DNA of 64,000 nucleotides. It comes from Amphiscolops sp. MND2022. Taxonomy: Eukaryota. Under the pieces are notes generated by a model that did no database searches, had not been told where the DNA came from, and was given only the letters and a program-made list of their open reading frames with translations. The first letter of the stretch is position 1, and each line of letters starts with the position of its first letter. This document shows, in pieces, positions 36,754 to 50,200 of the stretch. Both the position numbers and the translations under genes were made by a program. The DNA lies in assembly GCA_964187785.1 (NCBI GenBank), contig OZ076418.1, positions 30,070,001-30,134,000 on the forward strand, in the 5' to 3' direction.

Positions 36754-36854
36754 CTTTCTCTGTTAAATTTAAGTGAGTGAATTATTGCGGGGGTGTTTAG
36801 TTTCAAGTTCCAAAGGTGAATGCTGTTATCCTCCAAAACACTAATAAGGCCACC
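36754..36854 (-). CDS. STXBP5: Tomosyn coding exon 4
   Basis: tttcag|GGT start; encodes GGLISVLEDNSIHLWNLKLNTPAIIHSLKFNRER (WD40; cf. DDTLHLWNL...ILHSLKFCRER). Donor gtaact; 101 nt. Confidence 0.95.
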
Positions 36855-36929
36855 CTGAAAAAAAGGTTTTTTAATTTTTGTATTCAACAGGCGCTGAAGT
36901 GAGTGAGTATATCGATCAAAAATCCGCAC

Positions 36930-37011
36930 TTGATTAACAATAAATTGTAGCTTGGTGACAGATATTTCAGATCCATGTGCAACGTAGTAATCAACGCCAG
37001 GTTTGCCATAC
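36930..37011 (-). CDS. STXBP5: Tomosyn coding exon 3
   Basis: tttcag|G start; encodes YGKPGVDYYVAHGSEISVTKLQFIVNQ (cf. FGRPGVECYCQH...VIQLQFLINE). Donor gtgcgg; 82 nt. Confidence 0.93.
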
Positions 37012-37081
37012 CTGAAACAAAAATTCACCTGTTGTACCATTCGGAAGAAAAGATAGTTAAGTAAAAATGGAGGAAACTTAC

Positions 37082-37179
37082 AGTCTTATGCTGCCAGTCC
37101 TAGTTCCAATAGCCAAAAGGCTTTGAACAGGATCGAAGGCAAGACTTGAAGGCAGATGCGGGAAACCATGTCTGATCGT
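37082..37179 (-). CDS. STXBP5: Tomosyn coding exon 2
   Basis: catag|ACG start; encodes TIRHGFPHLPSSLAFDPVQSLLAIGTRTGSIRL, the conserved Lgl/tomosyn RHGFP...AFDPVQ motif. Donor gtaagt; 98 nt, phase 0 to 2. Confidence 0.95.
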
Positions 37180-37260
37180 CTATGACAAAAAAGAACAGAA
37201 TTAGACATTAGTTAAAAAACTACTCAATTAAAGACCAATTTTGGGATAAACATCACTGAC

Positions 37261-37389
37261 CTTCTTCAGTTGAAAATCCGCTGATCCCAATACTTCAGGA
37301 ACGTCGACATCAGTTCTATTGACAGAGGAACAAGCACTTGATGCCTGTGATGTCGAGAAACCATCGAAAACTTGTTTGATTTTCTTCAT
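37261..37389 (-). CDS. STXBP5: Tomosyn (syntaxin-binding protein 5) coding exon 1
   Basis: ATG at 37389 reads MKKIKQVFDGFSTSQASSACSSVNRTDVDVPEVLGSADFQLKK, resembling the tomosyn N-terminus (MKKFNIRKVLDG...EHFQLCK). Donor AAG|gtcagt, phase 0. Confidence 0.88.
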
Positions 37390-39357
37390 CTTAATGGATT
37401 ACTGATTGAATTTCTACACTCTGCATATAGTTAGCGTAAGTCATTTACAATCCTAGAAACATTTCAAAACATTCGAGACGTCTTTTTCCAAAAAGTTTGA
37501 ACCATATTAGGCCGAAGTCAGGAAACGAAAAGCGTAGAGGTTACCACGAGTCGGTCGAAAACACACTTAAGCAATCGACAGTTCACTATTCATTGGAACT
37601 ACGTCGAAAATGAAACTACAGTCATCGAATCAGAAATGAAATAGGTCTGACAAGGAACAGCGCAATATAACAGGCCAAATCATTACATTGGTTGCATGAT
37701 TCGTCCAAGGCAGACTTGGGCATTTAGGGTTAATAAGATTTCGAAGTTGTGCAGCAGACAAGTTGGTTTTCTGTTCCCGCTCCCGACTGCAGAAAATTCT
37801 CGAACTTCATAGAAAGAACCCCAACTTTTAAAACATCTGATTTTTGTCCCAGTCCATTTCCAGTGGAAACCGCGTAATTTGGACACGCGTATAAGAGACC
37901 ACGCCTAATTGGCACGCATATTTCGGTCCCCGCAGAAATATATTGTACTTCTGATATGAGAGACAACGGATAATGTAGACAAGGATACCCGGTCCCGAGG
38001 CGTCCCAAATCAGTCCATTTATAAATACAAGTCACTACATCATTCCACATGAAGCAACATTCTGTTTGTGGAAAAGTAAAACCACAAAAATTAAACTCAG
38101 ACTTCATCCAACTTATGGAGAAAATTGTGAAATTTTGTTAGATCAAAACGTATATCTCAATCCAATTGAATCTCTCAGAAAGAATTAATATGGCTCACTG
38201 ACAGACGACAAAATCTTCAAAATTTTCAGCAAAATCATTTCTCTATTTTGAAATTCCAGCTAATCCTAGTAACTTTTTAGCTCTATCAATAGCGTCATAA
38301 CATTCAGCGCCTTGGATTTTCGACGCGTGGAAACCCAACTCAATAAAAGAAGACTCAATTCCAAGATTATGGAGTTATAAAATACGTACATGTTATGAAT
38401 AAAACGAAAAACCGAAAAATTATGAGCGACAAAACGAACAGTAGCATTTTATAAACAGTGAACAGGAGTTCGAGATATCAAAGTTTGAGATCTTTGATAG
38501 AAGAAAGTTACGTAGCACCAGTTTGAAATGTTGCAGCGACATACTGAAATCAAGCGCTTTTAGACTAATGAGAGCATTTGCTGCTCTAGTGGATCTGACA
38601 AAGAAGTTGCTTTCAGAGCCAACTTTTTTGGTTTTTGGAACATCAAAAAGCCCCAGAGTGGATGATCTTGTGTTCAGGGTACTCGTGGCAAGATTGTGAT
38701 CGACATCAAGACAGCGATTTTGCAGTTTCCATAGCAGTATGAGGTCGTTTTCCGCAAGCTGAAAACACAAGGGTAGATAGGAATGACTCAAAAGGACTGA
38801 CATAACTTTTATCAGAACAAATCCATTTAAAAGCTCGCATTTGAAACTTTTCTAATTTTTTGAGGTAAGTAACAGAAGGCGACCATACAGGAGATCCATA
38901 TAGAAGAACAGATACTACCAAAGAATGGTAAAGTAATTTCTTTCTGGGACTAGCGGTAGAGAAAGGGATATTTCGACGCATAAAGTTAAACACTCTGGTG
39001 CATTTGGCGAGTTTCGTTTCAATATGGTTCGTCCAGTCGAGGTTGGATGTGACAGTAAACCCAAGGTCTTCAATGCTCTTTTCAAATGGCAATTCATTTG
39101 AACCAAGATTCAGCATTAAAACAGGCATTACATCCGAGAATGGAATATATTTACATTTCGAGGGATGAAAACTCAGACCATTTAAAACAGACCAATGTAG
39201 AAGAGCATCAAGATCGCTTTGAATGAGTTGGAGGATACAGTCAAAATGTACTTTTAAATCATCAGCAAAAGCAAATGTGCATCCATGTTCAATAGAATCC
39301 ATCATGTCGTTGATAAACAGAATGAATAACAATGGTCCCAAAACACTTCCCTGAGGA

Positions 39358-42300
39358 GGTAGGAAGTCCAGAAAGGCAAATCCTGTAGTCGAGAAACTGG
39401 ATCTTCAATCGATGAATTGGCTCAATTGGACGACAGAAACAGAGGAGCAATTAGCAAAAGGGCACGGTAATAAGTTCGAACGCATAAGTTCGAATTTTAA
39501 TTTCGAATGGACTAAGTTCGAATTTTCCAAAAACCGGAACAAGTTCGAATCACTGTGTTCGAATTTTGAACAAACCGCCGTAAGTATAAAACGTACCTCT
39601 GATATTTCCCCAATTCATCTAGTGCCCCGCGGCCCCTTGGGGCCGCTTATGTTCCCATCTTGCTAAGCGAGGTCGAACAGGAGCAAAGACCTAGCGGGAA
39701 CGGAGACCGCGAAGCGATCGTAGTGGGAGCTGGTCTTTGTGACGGTGAGGGCGAGCGTGCATACACCGGATTTGCCCCACATTAGAAATGAAAAGTGTTA
39801 AAAATTTTCTGAGACATTTACGAAAGGTAATATTTTATTCTTGACACACCGGATATGCCCGATATGAAATTTCGAACTTGGTGTCTCGAAACTATTCCTA
39901 TTCGAACTTATTCCACTAGTTCACATTCGAACTTAGTAAATCGAACTTATTGCCCGAAGCCTTAGCAAAGGGTATCGAAGAACCGAAAAACGAAGCTCAA
40001 TGCTACAAGCTCTGGGACAAATTTCGGTTGGTCATTGAAACCTCAACTACCCGAAATTGTCAGACAAAACGAATTTCTCCTCACTCCAAACCGTACTGGA
40101 CCGAGGAACTTTCAGCTATCTCAAGAAAAATGCGGAAAGCTTTAAAATCCTACCTGACCAGAAACAACCTCGAGGAATATAGGAGGTGGAAAGAAGTTTT
40201 TGAGAATACCAGAAAGAAGGCTCTAGAAGATCACTTGTCACAGGAAACGTCCAAACTCAACCGAGCACAAGCATAGGGTTTCTGGAGGCAGTTGAAGCGT
40301 ATGACGAAATCTAATACAAGCAATCAAATTGAATCACTCTGGAACGACCGGAAAGAAATACTGTCAGGAAATGTAGAAATTGAACACGAAATGTTCGAAA
40401 CGTTTTTCGAAACAAAACACATAAAGCAGAACGAGAAAGACTTCGACGAAGACTTCTTCATGGAAACCAATAGTCGATACGAGGACCTGAAGTTGAATGA
40501 CTTTAAAGGCTTAGAAGAAATTATTAGTGACTTGAACGACACGATAACAGAAGGTGAAGTCTCGCGAGCCCTCCAAAAGTACAAATGCAACGCAAAAAGC
40601 TTCGATAATGCTGGTTTCCATCCCTCGATGCTGAGGAGGTTGGGCGCGAATGCTATACAGGCACTAACGCATTTATTCAATGGATGCCTCGAAACAGGCT
40701 CATGGGTATGGCGTGCAGCGAAAATAATATTTCTTAGAAAGGAGGGTAAAACCTCAGATGCAAGTGCCGGCGCATACTGGCCGATTTCAATAACTCCTTT
40801 CATTGGAAAAGTGCTTGAGAAAATAGTAACGGAACGATTAGTCAAACACTTAAATCGAGTCAATGTGTGGGACAAAAATCAAGAAGGGTTCTCCAAGAAC
40901 AAAAACACTATCCAGTATCTTAACAGGTTAGTGAATCAGAAAAAATTGACGAGAAACAAAGCAAAAGGGAGACGGTATGCCTCTTCGTCGACTTCGAGAA
41001 GGCCTATGATTCGGTATGGAAGAAGGGCTTAGCTGTCAAGTTGTGGGGAAAAGGAGTAACGGGGAAGTTTATGAACATCTTGGACAGCTTCATGAACAAT
41101 AGGGAGATACAGCTGCAAGTAAACGAAATGAAGGGCCCCAACCAAGAATGTGGGGAAAACGGGCTCCCACAAGGATCAGTGATATCTCCAATTCTCTTCA
41201 AGTTCTTCTTACATGATTTTGAGGAAAGTTTTGATGATCGGAATAACATAGCCATATACAATTTCGCTGACGACGGAACAGTGAAAGTTTCGGGAAACAA
41301 GTTGGGAGAGGCAATGTCAGAAATGAAGATTGTGATGAACGCCATCGATGTATGGACGAAACGGTGGAGAATGGTGATAAACTGTCAGAAGGACAAAACA
41401 GAACTCATTCATTTTTCACCGGCGGCAAAACAACAACAACAGTTGTGTCCAATACCTCTTGGGAGTAATAGTATACAATTTACCTCAGCAACAAAAGTAT
41501 TGGGAGTCTGCATCGACAATAAACTATCTTTCGAAGATCACAGCTGTAAAATGGCGAAGAAAATGTGCAACAGATGGAGGATGATTACCAGAATAACGAG
41601 CAGGACCAATGGTCTCAATCACCAAGTCATAGTAAAACTCATTACAACTACATTTCTTCCGATTCTTCTCTATGGGGGTATAGTATGGATGACAACCAAG
41701 AACATTCGGTCGATGAATGGTATCTCGTACGAAATGTTGAAGCGATCCATTGGGGCAATTTACAATGTAAACCAATCCATTGCAGAGGTTATTACAGGTC
41801 TACCACCGCTGTCGATCTGGAACAAGATGAACTCTATTAAACACTACCTGAAAACATTTCAACAGAGCGGGGTTTCCAAAAACGACGTGTACATGGACTA
41901 CATAACCAAAAAATTGAGTGGCTGCCCAGGATCAACAATTGCAAAAGATTTGAAAGACGTGGTTGGCTTCCTGGAGTGGAAAAGAACCGAACGCCCGGAA
42001 TGTTTTACTGAAATCGAACACAGTCTAATGGAGAAGCAAAAACGTAACCTGAGTCGATTGGTCTACCTTAGCTCGAACTGTTACTCATACGACAGAAGTC
42101 TTACAGCAAAGTACTCTGAAATTCTGTGGCAGGAGTCAATAAACAATACGTTGTCGCTAGAGGGAAAAGCGAACATCCCAAAGGTGTCGTGCGAGCCCTT
42201 ACCGATTCAACCGGACTTCTTACGACTAGATGAAGTGCTGTATATGAGTTTATTTTATGAAAACAAAACAATGTACCATTTTCTTTGGCAACGAAGTCTG

Positions 42301-42724
42301 GTAGAATCGACCCTATGCCGATGCATGGAAGATATTCAGACTGTAGAACACAATTTGTGTGATTGTCCAATGGTAGAAGAAGATGTGAAGCGTCAACTAG
42401 ATGAATTCAACTGGAAGAACCTGGGTTACGGGCGTGCAGACATTACAGTAGACCTTTTGAACTGTTCGAGGAATCCAGAATTAGCAGCAATTTGCAAGAA
42501 GATTATAAGAAACCCGAAGCTCAAATTATGGCAGCAGAAATAAGAGACAAACAGAAGTAGCTGGTTATCATAAAGACGAATGGAATTTGCAAAAAGAACA
42601 AGCGCTCCGAAGAAAGCGCATCAGAGAAATTATAGAGAGGTCAAAACAAAGCCAGAGTACCTCTATGGACACTAAAATGCCCACAGTAGGCAGTAAAAGA
42701 AATCATCATCATCATCATCATCAT
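39358..42724 (+). mobile_element. 5'-truncated APE-type LINE (I/Jockey-group-like) with (CAT)7 tail and 9-10 bp TSD
   Basis: KPYWTEEL, LFVDFEKAYDSVW, GLPQGSVISPILF, FADD and a C-terminal CRC...EHNLCDC knuckle. One premature stop (40274) and one frameshift (about 40950). TSD (T)CCCTGAGGA at 39348-39357 and 42724-42733. Confidence 0.92.
39463..39961. mobile_element. MITE-like insert with TTCGAA-rich inverted arrays inside the second LINE
   Basis: GGTAATAAGTTCGA / TCGAACTTATTGCC ends, flanked by a TTAGCAAA(A)GGG duplication. Removal restores EEQLAKG-IEEPKNE. Confidence 0.65.
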
Positions 42725-42999
42725 CCCTGAGGAACACCTGAAGGTACAGCAACTGGAGACGAGAGACTATCTCTTACTTTGACAATTTGAAACCTGTTAG
42801 GTTATTATATCTGATAGCATAATAAAGAAGATATCAATCATGGTAACGTAATGTAGAGCTCGTTGAAGCATTGAATAACCATCTGGGAGGGAAAACACGA
42901 ACACTGACACCTTGACACGTGTGTCATTCATCAGGACAAGGCAATAAATTGTTTTACTTCCAATCAAGTTCCTTTTCTTGAAGTTTTTTTTAATTAGCG

Positions 43000-45690
43000 C
43001 TATCAGATATCATGGATCTTCGTCATCAATCAAGTGCCATGTGTATCATCATGTTGGGGGGAGAAGACACACCCGTGGTCTGCAACGAAAGTAGGGAACC
43101 CCATACGAACTCCGGACGTTTCGGCAAAAAAACGTTTCGGCAAAAACATGGCGGCGGACGTTTCGGCAAAAAAATATGCCGAAACGTCTCAGGCTAAGAA
43201 AATTTGCCGAAACGTCTCGCATGATAAAGGAAAAACAAAGTGTAGGAAGAACTTAAATAAAAGTCAACCAATTAACATTGTCAAACAATTTAAGTGTCAA
43301 TTACTGAATTGATAATAAATATGTCAACTCCCGGAAATATCATAATGTGAGGCATATGCGGTGTATGCACGCTCGCCCTCACCGTCGCAAAGACCAGCTC
43401 CCACTACGATCGCTTCGCGATCTCCGTTCCCGCTAGGTATTTGCTCCTGTTCGACCTCGCTTAGCAAGATGGGATTATAAGCGGCCCCAACGGGCCGCAG
43501 GGCACTAGAGGAAATGGGGACATATTTGAGGGGTACTTGATATGAATTCCGGACGTTTCGGCAAAAACATGGCGGCGGACGTTTCGGCAAAAACATGGCA
43601 GCGGACGTTTCGGCAAAAAAAAAATTTGCCGAAACGCCTCGAATTTGTTTTGCCGGAACGTCTTTGCCGAAACGTCCTGTTCCCCCCATACCAGCCACTA
43701 TACCAGTAACAAAAAAAACAACCAACAAACTACTCAAACCAGCCACTATGCAGTCGACCGGTGGAATTTTTTTAAAGCTGCTTTAATAAAAAGGTCAGAA
43801 AAGTTAGACTATATGTAATAAATTTCTTCGAACGCATCTCTGTCGCTCACAGTTCCTAGAATACAGGCCGCATTGCCGATCTGAGGAGCTATTGAAATCC
43901 GTTGCTTCAAAAAGCTGCCAGCTCGTTGATCGTCGTGCGAACGACAGAACATTCTACAGAGACGCGTGACGAAAATTTCACTGCTCTCGCGTAAAGAATC
44001 CTGTACTTCTAAGGCCACCTGCTGAAAAATGTATCCATTGTCTATTAATTCGCGATACTTCTCAACTTTACGCGCTTCAGCCTCGGTGGCGATGGTTCCC
44101 GGGTTGCATAAAGAACCTTGATTCAGGCAGCTGGGTGCAAGAGCATCCACAACCGTGACATCCCACTCCAGCTGTTTACCCATTTCCCAAGGAATCATGA
44201 TAACACCGTCTGGGCGTTTGCCATCAGTTCGGTACAGTCCACGCGGTTCGAGCATTGAAGGCAAGTCGAGAGATCCCAACGTCTGCTTTATGAGAGAATT
44301 GAGAGTAGCATGACGTGAGAAGCGACCAGCACTCTTGGTACAAGAAAGACCGTGTAAACCGTCCCTTTCAACTCTTTTACCACAGTGGCACGTACGCGCA
44401 ACGCAGATGTTGGCACCGAGACAAAACGGGTGGGCGGAATTAGGTCGAAGGAACGGACTCGAAAATCAGAGTTAGTCCTCAGGTCGACATACCAAATTTT
44501 TGAATGTGATCGAAACAACTCGGATCGAAATTTTTATGACGTAGTCAGATATGTTCACATACTCCTAGTGCCCTGAATGCAGGAGCGAAGCGAAGCGGAG
44601 CCATGTGCCATTTGACCATGCCTCAATGTTGCTACTTGGCGAAGGGAGCGAAGCTACCGAGCCATACAACAAAAACGATAAAATTCGACTGCATTCCATT
44701 CGATCCCTGCAATTCGATCAAAAGGTTCGACCTCTGTCTTTTCGACCAAAAAAGTTCGAACTATTTACAGCCACCCGACGCAAACCAATTGAAATTCGAA
44801 GTTCCTGATCATCAAGTTTCAGGCCTAGGTTCTTGCACGGAACGCCGTTCAGCCATTGAGACCCGAATTTGCCTTGATGAGCGGTAAAAACTTTCGAACG
44901 TTTGTCATCCATTCTAGAAATCAAATCTTGGGCAGTTTGGACGTAGAGAGGTTGTGTTCAATTTTTCCGAGTTCCATTGAGAGGACTTTCCTGTTCATTC
45001 GTCAAACTCAACCACTTCTCAAGCGCTTTTGTAAACGAAAAATCTTCGAATGTTTCCGTGAAAATTGTCGTGAGAAAGTCACTCGCACCAAAAGCTGAGG
45101 CCAAAAAGGCGGGAAGTGCTAATAATGATGCGGATGAAACCCCAAGACCACCCATCTCAGCAGACGGAGACAGCTGAGTACCCGAAATATCGTCGAAGTT
45201 CACGTTACACACTTTGGAAAGTCCGTCGCGCACAGTTTTGTCATATTTCTCCAAGAGTGCGCATCTCGTTTTTCAAAAATCCCGTTAACTTTTTCCAGTT
45301 CATTAATTTTCTTTTCCAATAAGTTCTACTTTCTTTGGTGTTTTGATCCCAGGGCAAAGTTTTTGGAAAGATGCTAAAGTTGTCGATCGTCGTTTTTCAG
45401 TGATGTCACCAGGGGAAAAAATTTCACATTTTGTGTGTTTAATTTTGAGTCCCAGCGTTCTTTCCGCTTCAACAATTTTTTTGAGATCTTCCAAAACGGT
45501 TCGGTAATCATCACTTAAAGTTCCATCGTCAAGGTACCATAAGTTTATTTTCGACTCCAAACTGTCACTCAGACCCTGAGTGGAATCCAAAACCAAAACT
45601 GGAGACTCAGGATCTCCTTGCTGGGTCCCTTCACAAGATTTGATTACTGAATCACCGTAAAAAAAAGAAAACTTGGCTGACTGTACGCCG
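43000..45690 (-). mobile_element. Decayed RLE-type (CRE-like) non-LTR retrotransposon, second family, copy 1
   Basis: EGTQQGDP, WYLDDGTL, GGLGVSSA, SQWLNGVP, CHCG..DGLHGLSC, RHATLN, EPRGLYRTDGKRPDG..WDVTVVD. Frameshifted and interrupted by MITEs. Confidence 0.88.
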
Positions 45691-46624
45691 AGTGTTGAAG
45701 CGAACGTTTTGTTCTTTTTTATCTTTTAAGTGAAAATGCCTGACTATAGCAGTGATTTTTTTTGAGTAACCACTGAGGCCTAGTCCGGCCCTAGACAAAC
45801 TTAATGCAAAGGGTCCCCTCTTTCATTTTTTACTTTAACGTAACCTAAAAAACCGGACGAGCCTAAAGGGACCCCCCTTTTCAATTTTTTTTGGCACTGG
45901 AATTTTTCTCGAATTTTTTATTGTCTCAAAAGGGTCCGCATTTCATTTTTTACTTTTTTAACGTAACCTACAGAACCGGACGAGCCTTAAGGGCCCCCCC
46001 ATTTGTTTTTTTCAAATATTTTGTAACTGAATGTATGCTTATAAATTCTAAAGGATCCCACTTTTAGATTTTTCGGCACTAAGCGACATTTTTCGAAAAA
46101 CAAATTCTGAAATTTCAAGTTTTCAAAAAAAAACGTTTTGCGCTTCAAAAAGAAGACCCATTCATTTTGTCACGCAGTCCATGAAGCAAGGATTGGAATT
46201 GAATACCCTTGTAAATCTACGGATTCTGAGTTCAGTGTTGACGAGGCGATCACATCTCGACATGTGATCGGAAGCGTGTTGGATATCTTTCAAACCATTT
46301 TCTGCAGTCTTACAAGATTCAGAAGACACGGAGATCGTCAGCAAGACTGTAGGTGGAGGAATTTTCTGATGGACATTTGATAATTTAGAAATTGCTAGCT
46401 AGTATGGTCCGATCAATTTTCTGCAGATTTATCCAAGCAGTGTTTGTTCCTTTGCAATCAAAATAGTTGCAGGAATAGCAGGCTTTTTGACAGTTGTCCT
46501 GTAAATATTGTCTGGTCATTTTCAAAGTCTACTACAGCTAGTAATCCTAGGGATTACTCGATGATCAATCGGGCAGCAATATCCCCAGTTGCATTGGTCG
46601 TGTTTATTGGGCGTGAGGAGGATG

Positions 46625-47200
46625 GATTCTGAACGTTTCGATGACAGGCGTTTCGGCAACAATATGCCGGCAGGCGTTTCAGCGACTAGGATTCTCTGGA
46701 CGTTTCAGCGACAGACGTTTCGAGGACAATACGGTGGCCGACGTTTCCGCGACAACCCTGTAGCTGAAACGTTTTTGTCATTTAAACGTCCTCTAAAAGC
46801 TAAAAACCAATTCAAAATATGGGGAACAAGAATAACAACTAAAGAATAACGTCTAAAAAAGAAAATAACGTCCAAAAGCGCTTAAGATATTTTCAGTACT
46901 TTTGCCCACCTAATATGGGGTCATAACGGTGTAAGCATGCTCGCCCTCACCAACTACGATTGCTTCGCGATATCCTTTCCCGCTAGGTCTTTGCTCTTGT
47001 TCGACCTCGAAGAGCAAGATGGGAACATAAGCGTCCCCGAGGGGCCGCGGGGAACTAAAGGAAATGGAGGAAACCCCGAGGCACGTTTTAACGTAGGAAA
47101 AGTACCTATGAAGAGGTATCTTTGTCTTTAGCTTTTTAGAGGACGTTTCGACGACAAAGACAGTGTTGTCGCCGAAACGTCTGTCGCTGAAACGTCTTGA
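46625..47200. mobile_element. MITE with GACGTTTC(G/A)GCGAC terminal arrays
   Basis: Inverted ends GGACGTTTCAGCGACAGACGTTTCG. The same array motif occurs at 43110-43680. Confidence 0.6.
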
Positions 47201-50200
47201 TCCCAGGTGGATTCGTTGTAGAAAGGAGTATCGAAAGGAGCGCGGTGCTTACCGAGGAGATTCCACTTTTATGCAACCTTGAAATCCTAGTAATTGTGTG
47301 ATTTCGTTATTATTGAATTCTTTGGCGTATTAAGAAACCAATGTCTATGATACAAATCGGGCAAACACCGAGAAAATGTTACTAAAAACTTTTTCAGTTG
47401 AGCTATCACCGCGGATGAAGGCTTCGATTCATCCATGTGCCGCAAAAAGTATAAAGAGAACATTGACAACTTACTGAATATGGGCCCAGTCCATATGTAG
47501 TTGTTCCCATGGTTCACCTTTGGATCATGTTCCAATGGAATCGAAGTTCGTTTCATTTGGAGCAGCTACCAATATAACTCTCAAAATCGTTGGTCATTCC
47601 TGGCTACCAAGATGTGAGTTTTATTTTATCTCCCGTTGCAGTTATACCTCTATGCGTTTCATGAGCTAGTTCGATAACGTTTCGCTTTAGTCTGTTATTG
47701 ATAAATGGCCTTGTACCGTTATACACCATGTCTTTCTCGACAGTTAGAAAATGTCCCGGTTTCTTGAAAATCAAATCCTGTTGGCAACAGTCCGACCATT
47801 CGCCGCTACTGATGCCCTTTATCACTTTCTTAATCAGGATGTACAACAGATACTCGGTTTGGAGTTCGATTAGGAATATTGCTTTGCACGTTACAAAACC
47901 GACTTTACTGTAATCATTCGTGGCTTCAATCTCGTCGTCATTGGTTTGAAATTGGAGATTACTCGTGGCATCTGCATGTAAAATTTCCTGATAAACGACA
48001 TCATAGTCGAAAGCCCCCAAAGAGATAGCCCACCTGCAAATCGCGTTTCTGGGAAAAAAAGAACTCCAGCAGTTTATGGTCAGTGGATTCGTTCGAACTT
48101 TGGTCCCAGCAAGAGTTCACGTTAACGACTGATGACATTTACTTTGACCGATGCTTTTCTTCCAATACTGTTAATACGTGATATCGCTGCCGACAACCTC
48201 TCCCTGACACTACTTGATTGGTGACTGTACCAGATTTTGATTCATTGATCGTGATTTTTGTTTTTGAATCAATCCTTCTCAGCCTGTAATCACACCTGCA
48301 TTGACTGTCATTATTTCCGAAACCAGGACATCATCTTGAAAGATAATAATTCTTGTCGAACCTTTTGACGCTTCATCGGTACTCTTGGAAGTTGATTGAA
48401 GCATTTTTCACACCTTGTGAGAGACAAATCAATCGGCACAGTCCCTGAGTTGTTTTAGTAGTTGCAATTTTTTCATGTTTATTTGCAATGTTTAATTTAC
48501 TTTCATCTCATTACATGCTGTGAAAAGTCGATCTGTGTTGAAGAGTTGGCACCAATGAAATTGTGAAACAGCGATTACGTATCTGGCAAAGGGTTAGCGT
48601 CTTTCATAATTTTGTCATTGAGATGGACTTTGTAGTCCGCGCGTAACCGAAAAGATCCGTCTTCTTTTCCTCTTCATACTACAGGTGAAGCATTTAACAC
48701 ATAACTAGGTTCGACTGATTCCAAGGATTCCCTGAGCTTTTACTTTGGCAGAGTTTTTCTTGACTTGATCCTGAAAAGCTAATGGGATTTTCCGTGCGCC
48801 TGGTTCCAGTATCATTGCTACAGATCACCCTTTCACTGCCGGTTCCAATATACTAGATGATTAATATGGTTGACATGCATAATGGGTTGTCCGATTAATC
48901 AAAAACAATTATCAGTTTCAATTACAGTAACTCGATGCGTGTACGTGCGTCTTTTCCATGTTATTTCGCAGTCCATTAACCCCTCGTGTCTCTATAAGTG
49001 GGCATCATGAGCTTCAATGAATTGCGCATGTGATGTCAGGGTGGATGAATCCATTTAGGCCCACATGTTTGTGATAGACGATTCTGAATCTCAATGCATT
49101 TTAAGCACTTGGCCATTAGTTTCAATTTCTTCAAATTCAAGAGCAAGTTTAACAAGATTACATTCCTCAACAGGTTGCGTAAAGTCTACTTCTTCATCGC
49201 TTGTTTTTTGTACACACGTCAGAAGCGAAGTATACGTTCTTGCGCCGCCAGCCTCATTGGTCAGAGTTGCGACAAACGTTCTCATAATGCCCTTTAGTTT
49301 TGCTTCAATTGCAAACTTTGTTGATAGCTTGGCTTTCGAACTTTTGCTGGGTAGGCTTCGCACAACATGTAGCGCATTCTGGTTTTATTGTGAAGAACAT
49401 AACTCTGACATTGCATGTCTTCTGCTACAAAATCAGAAGACGATGGTGATTCAGGACGTGATGATTCTACTTGCCTGGGATCTATATTTGAGCGCTTGTA
49501 GTAGCTCTTCCACTGTCGATATCTCATGAGTAGAAGTTTGAGTACCTTTTCGTTATCTTTCAAGCCTACCAAAATCGTAGTCTAATCAGTTTCGCTTAAG
49601 GATCTGCTGCGGCTTTGAGAGTTTCAAATTTGCACTAAGGAGCAGCTTTTCTGAGTCTAGCTAATAAATCAGTTTACATTTCATGACTTCCTTGGCCAGT
49701 GCAGAGGAACAAAATTTTTAAGGGTAATGACTAATCTTTCCACAAGCTTCAACTTGCATTTGATTTCGCATTATAGTCAGCAAAAGGCATGTCTTCAATA
49801 GCTTTGAGTGCTATCAAGCTGTGAATATTTTTCAGTTGGCTAATCAAAAATCCTGGCTGGTAAAGAAATACGTAATTTGATAATGTTTCTCCCGTCCACT
49901 TGTTGAATCGGTTTCTACATCCCGCTTTTTTTCAATTTCTCAAGGCAAAAAATTCTTGGCTCTAAGGTTGCGAATAATTCAACGAATCGCTCCATGTCCA
50001 AACTCTTCAAATTTTTGAATGTGCTTTTGGAAGTGTTTTTGCTAATTATATGCTGCCAAATAAGAGGCTTTCTGTTCTCGAGCACACTGTGATTGATGAT
50101 GTTCTGGAATTGTTTTGAAATTAGAGTTCGAGAAATAATTGAACGACAAGCATCTGATTGTGGTTGCCTTTTTTGTTTGCCAGTCTTTGGGAACATAGTT

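Larger units (their letters stand above)
38420..42830 (-). mobile_element. 5'-truncated CR1/L2-type LINE, split by a second LINE
   Basis: 42734-42830 encodes NRFQIVKV...SGVPQG; 38706-39357 continues PQGSVLGPLLFILFIND...FADDLK. C-terminus ...CYCSFCRS* at 38420. Confidence 0.88.

Noticed and set aside
43110-43680. Repeated GACGTTTCGGCAAAAA units as a CRISPR-like array
   Set aside because: Eukaryotic context, irregular short units, no unique spacers and no cas genes. They are MITE terminal arrays.
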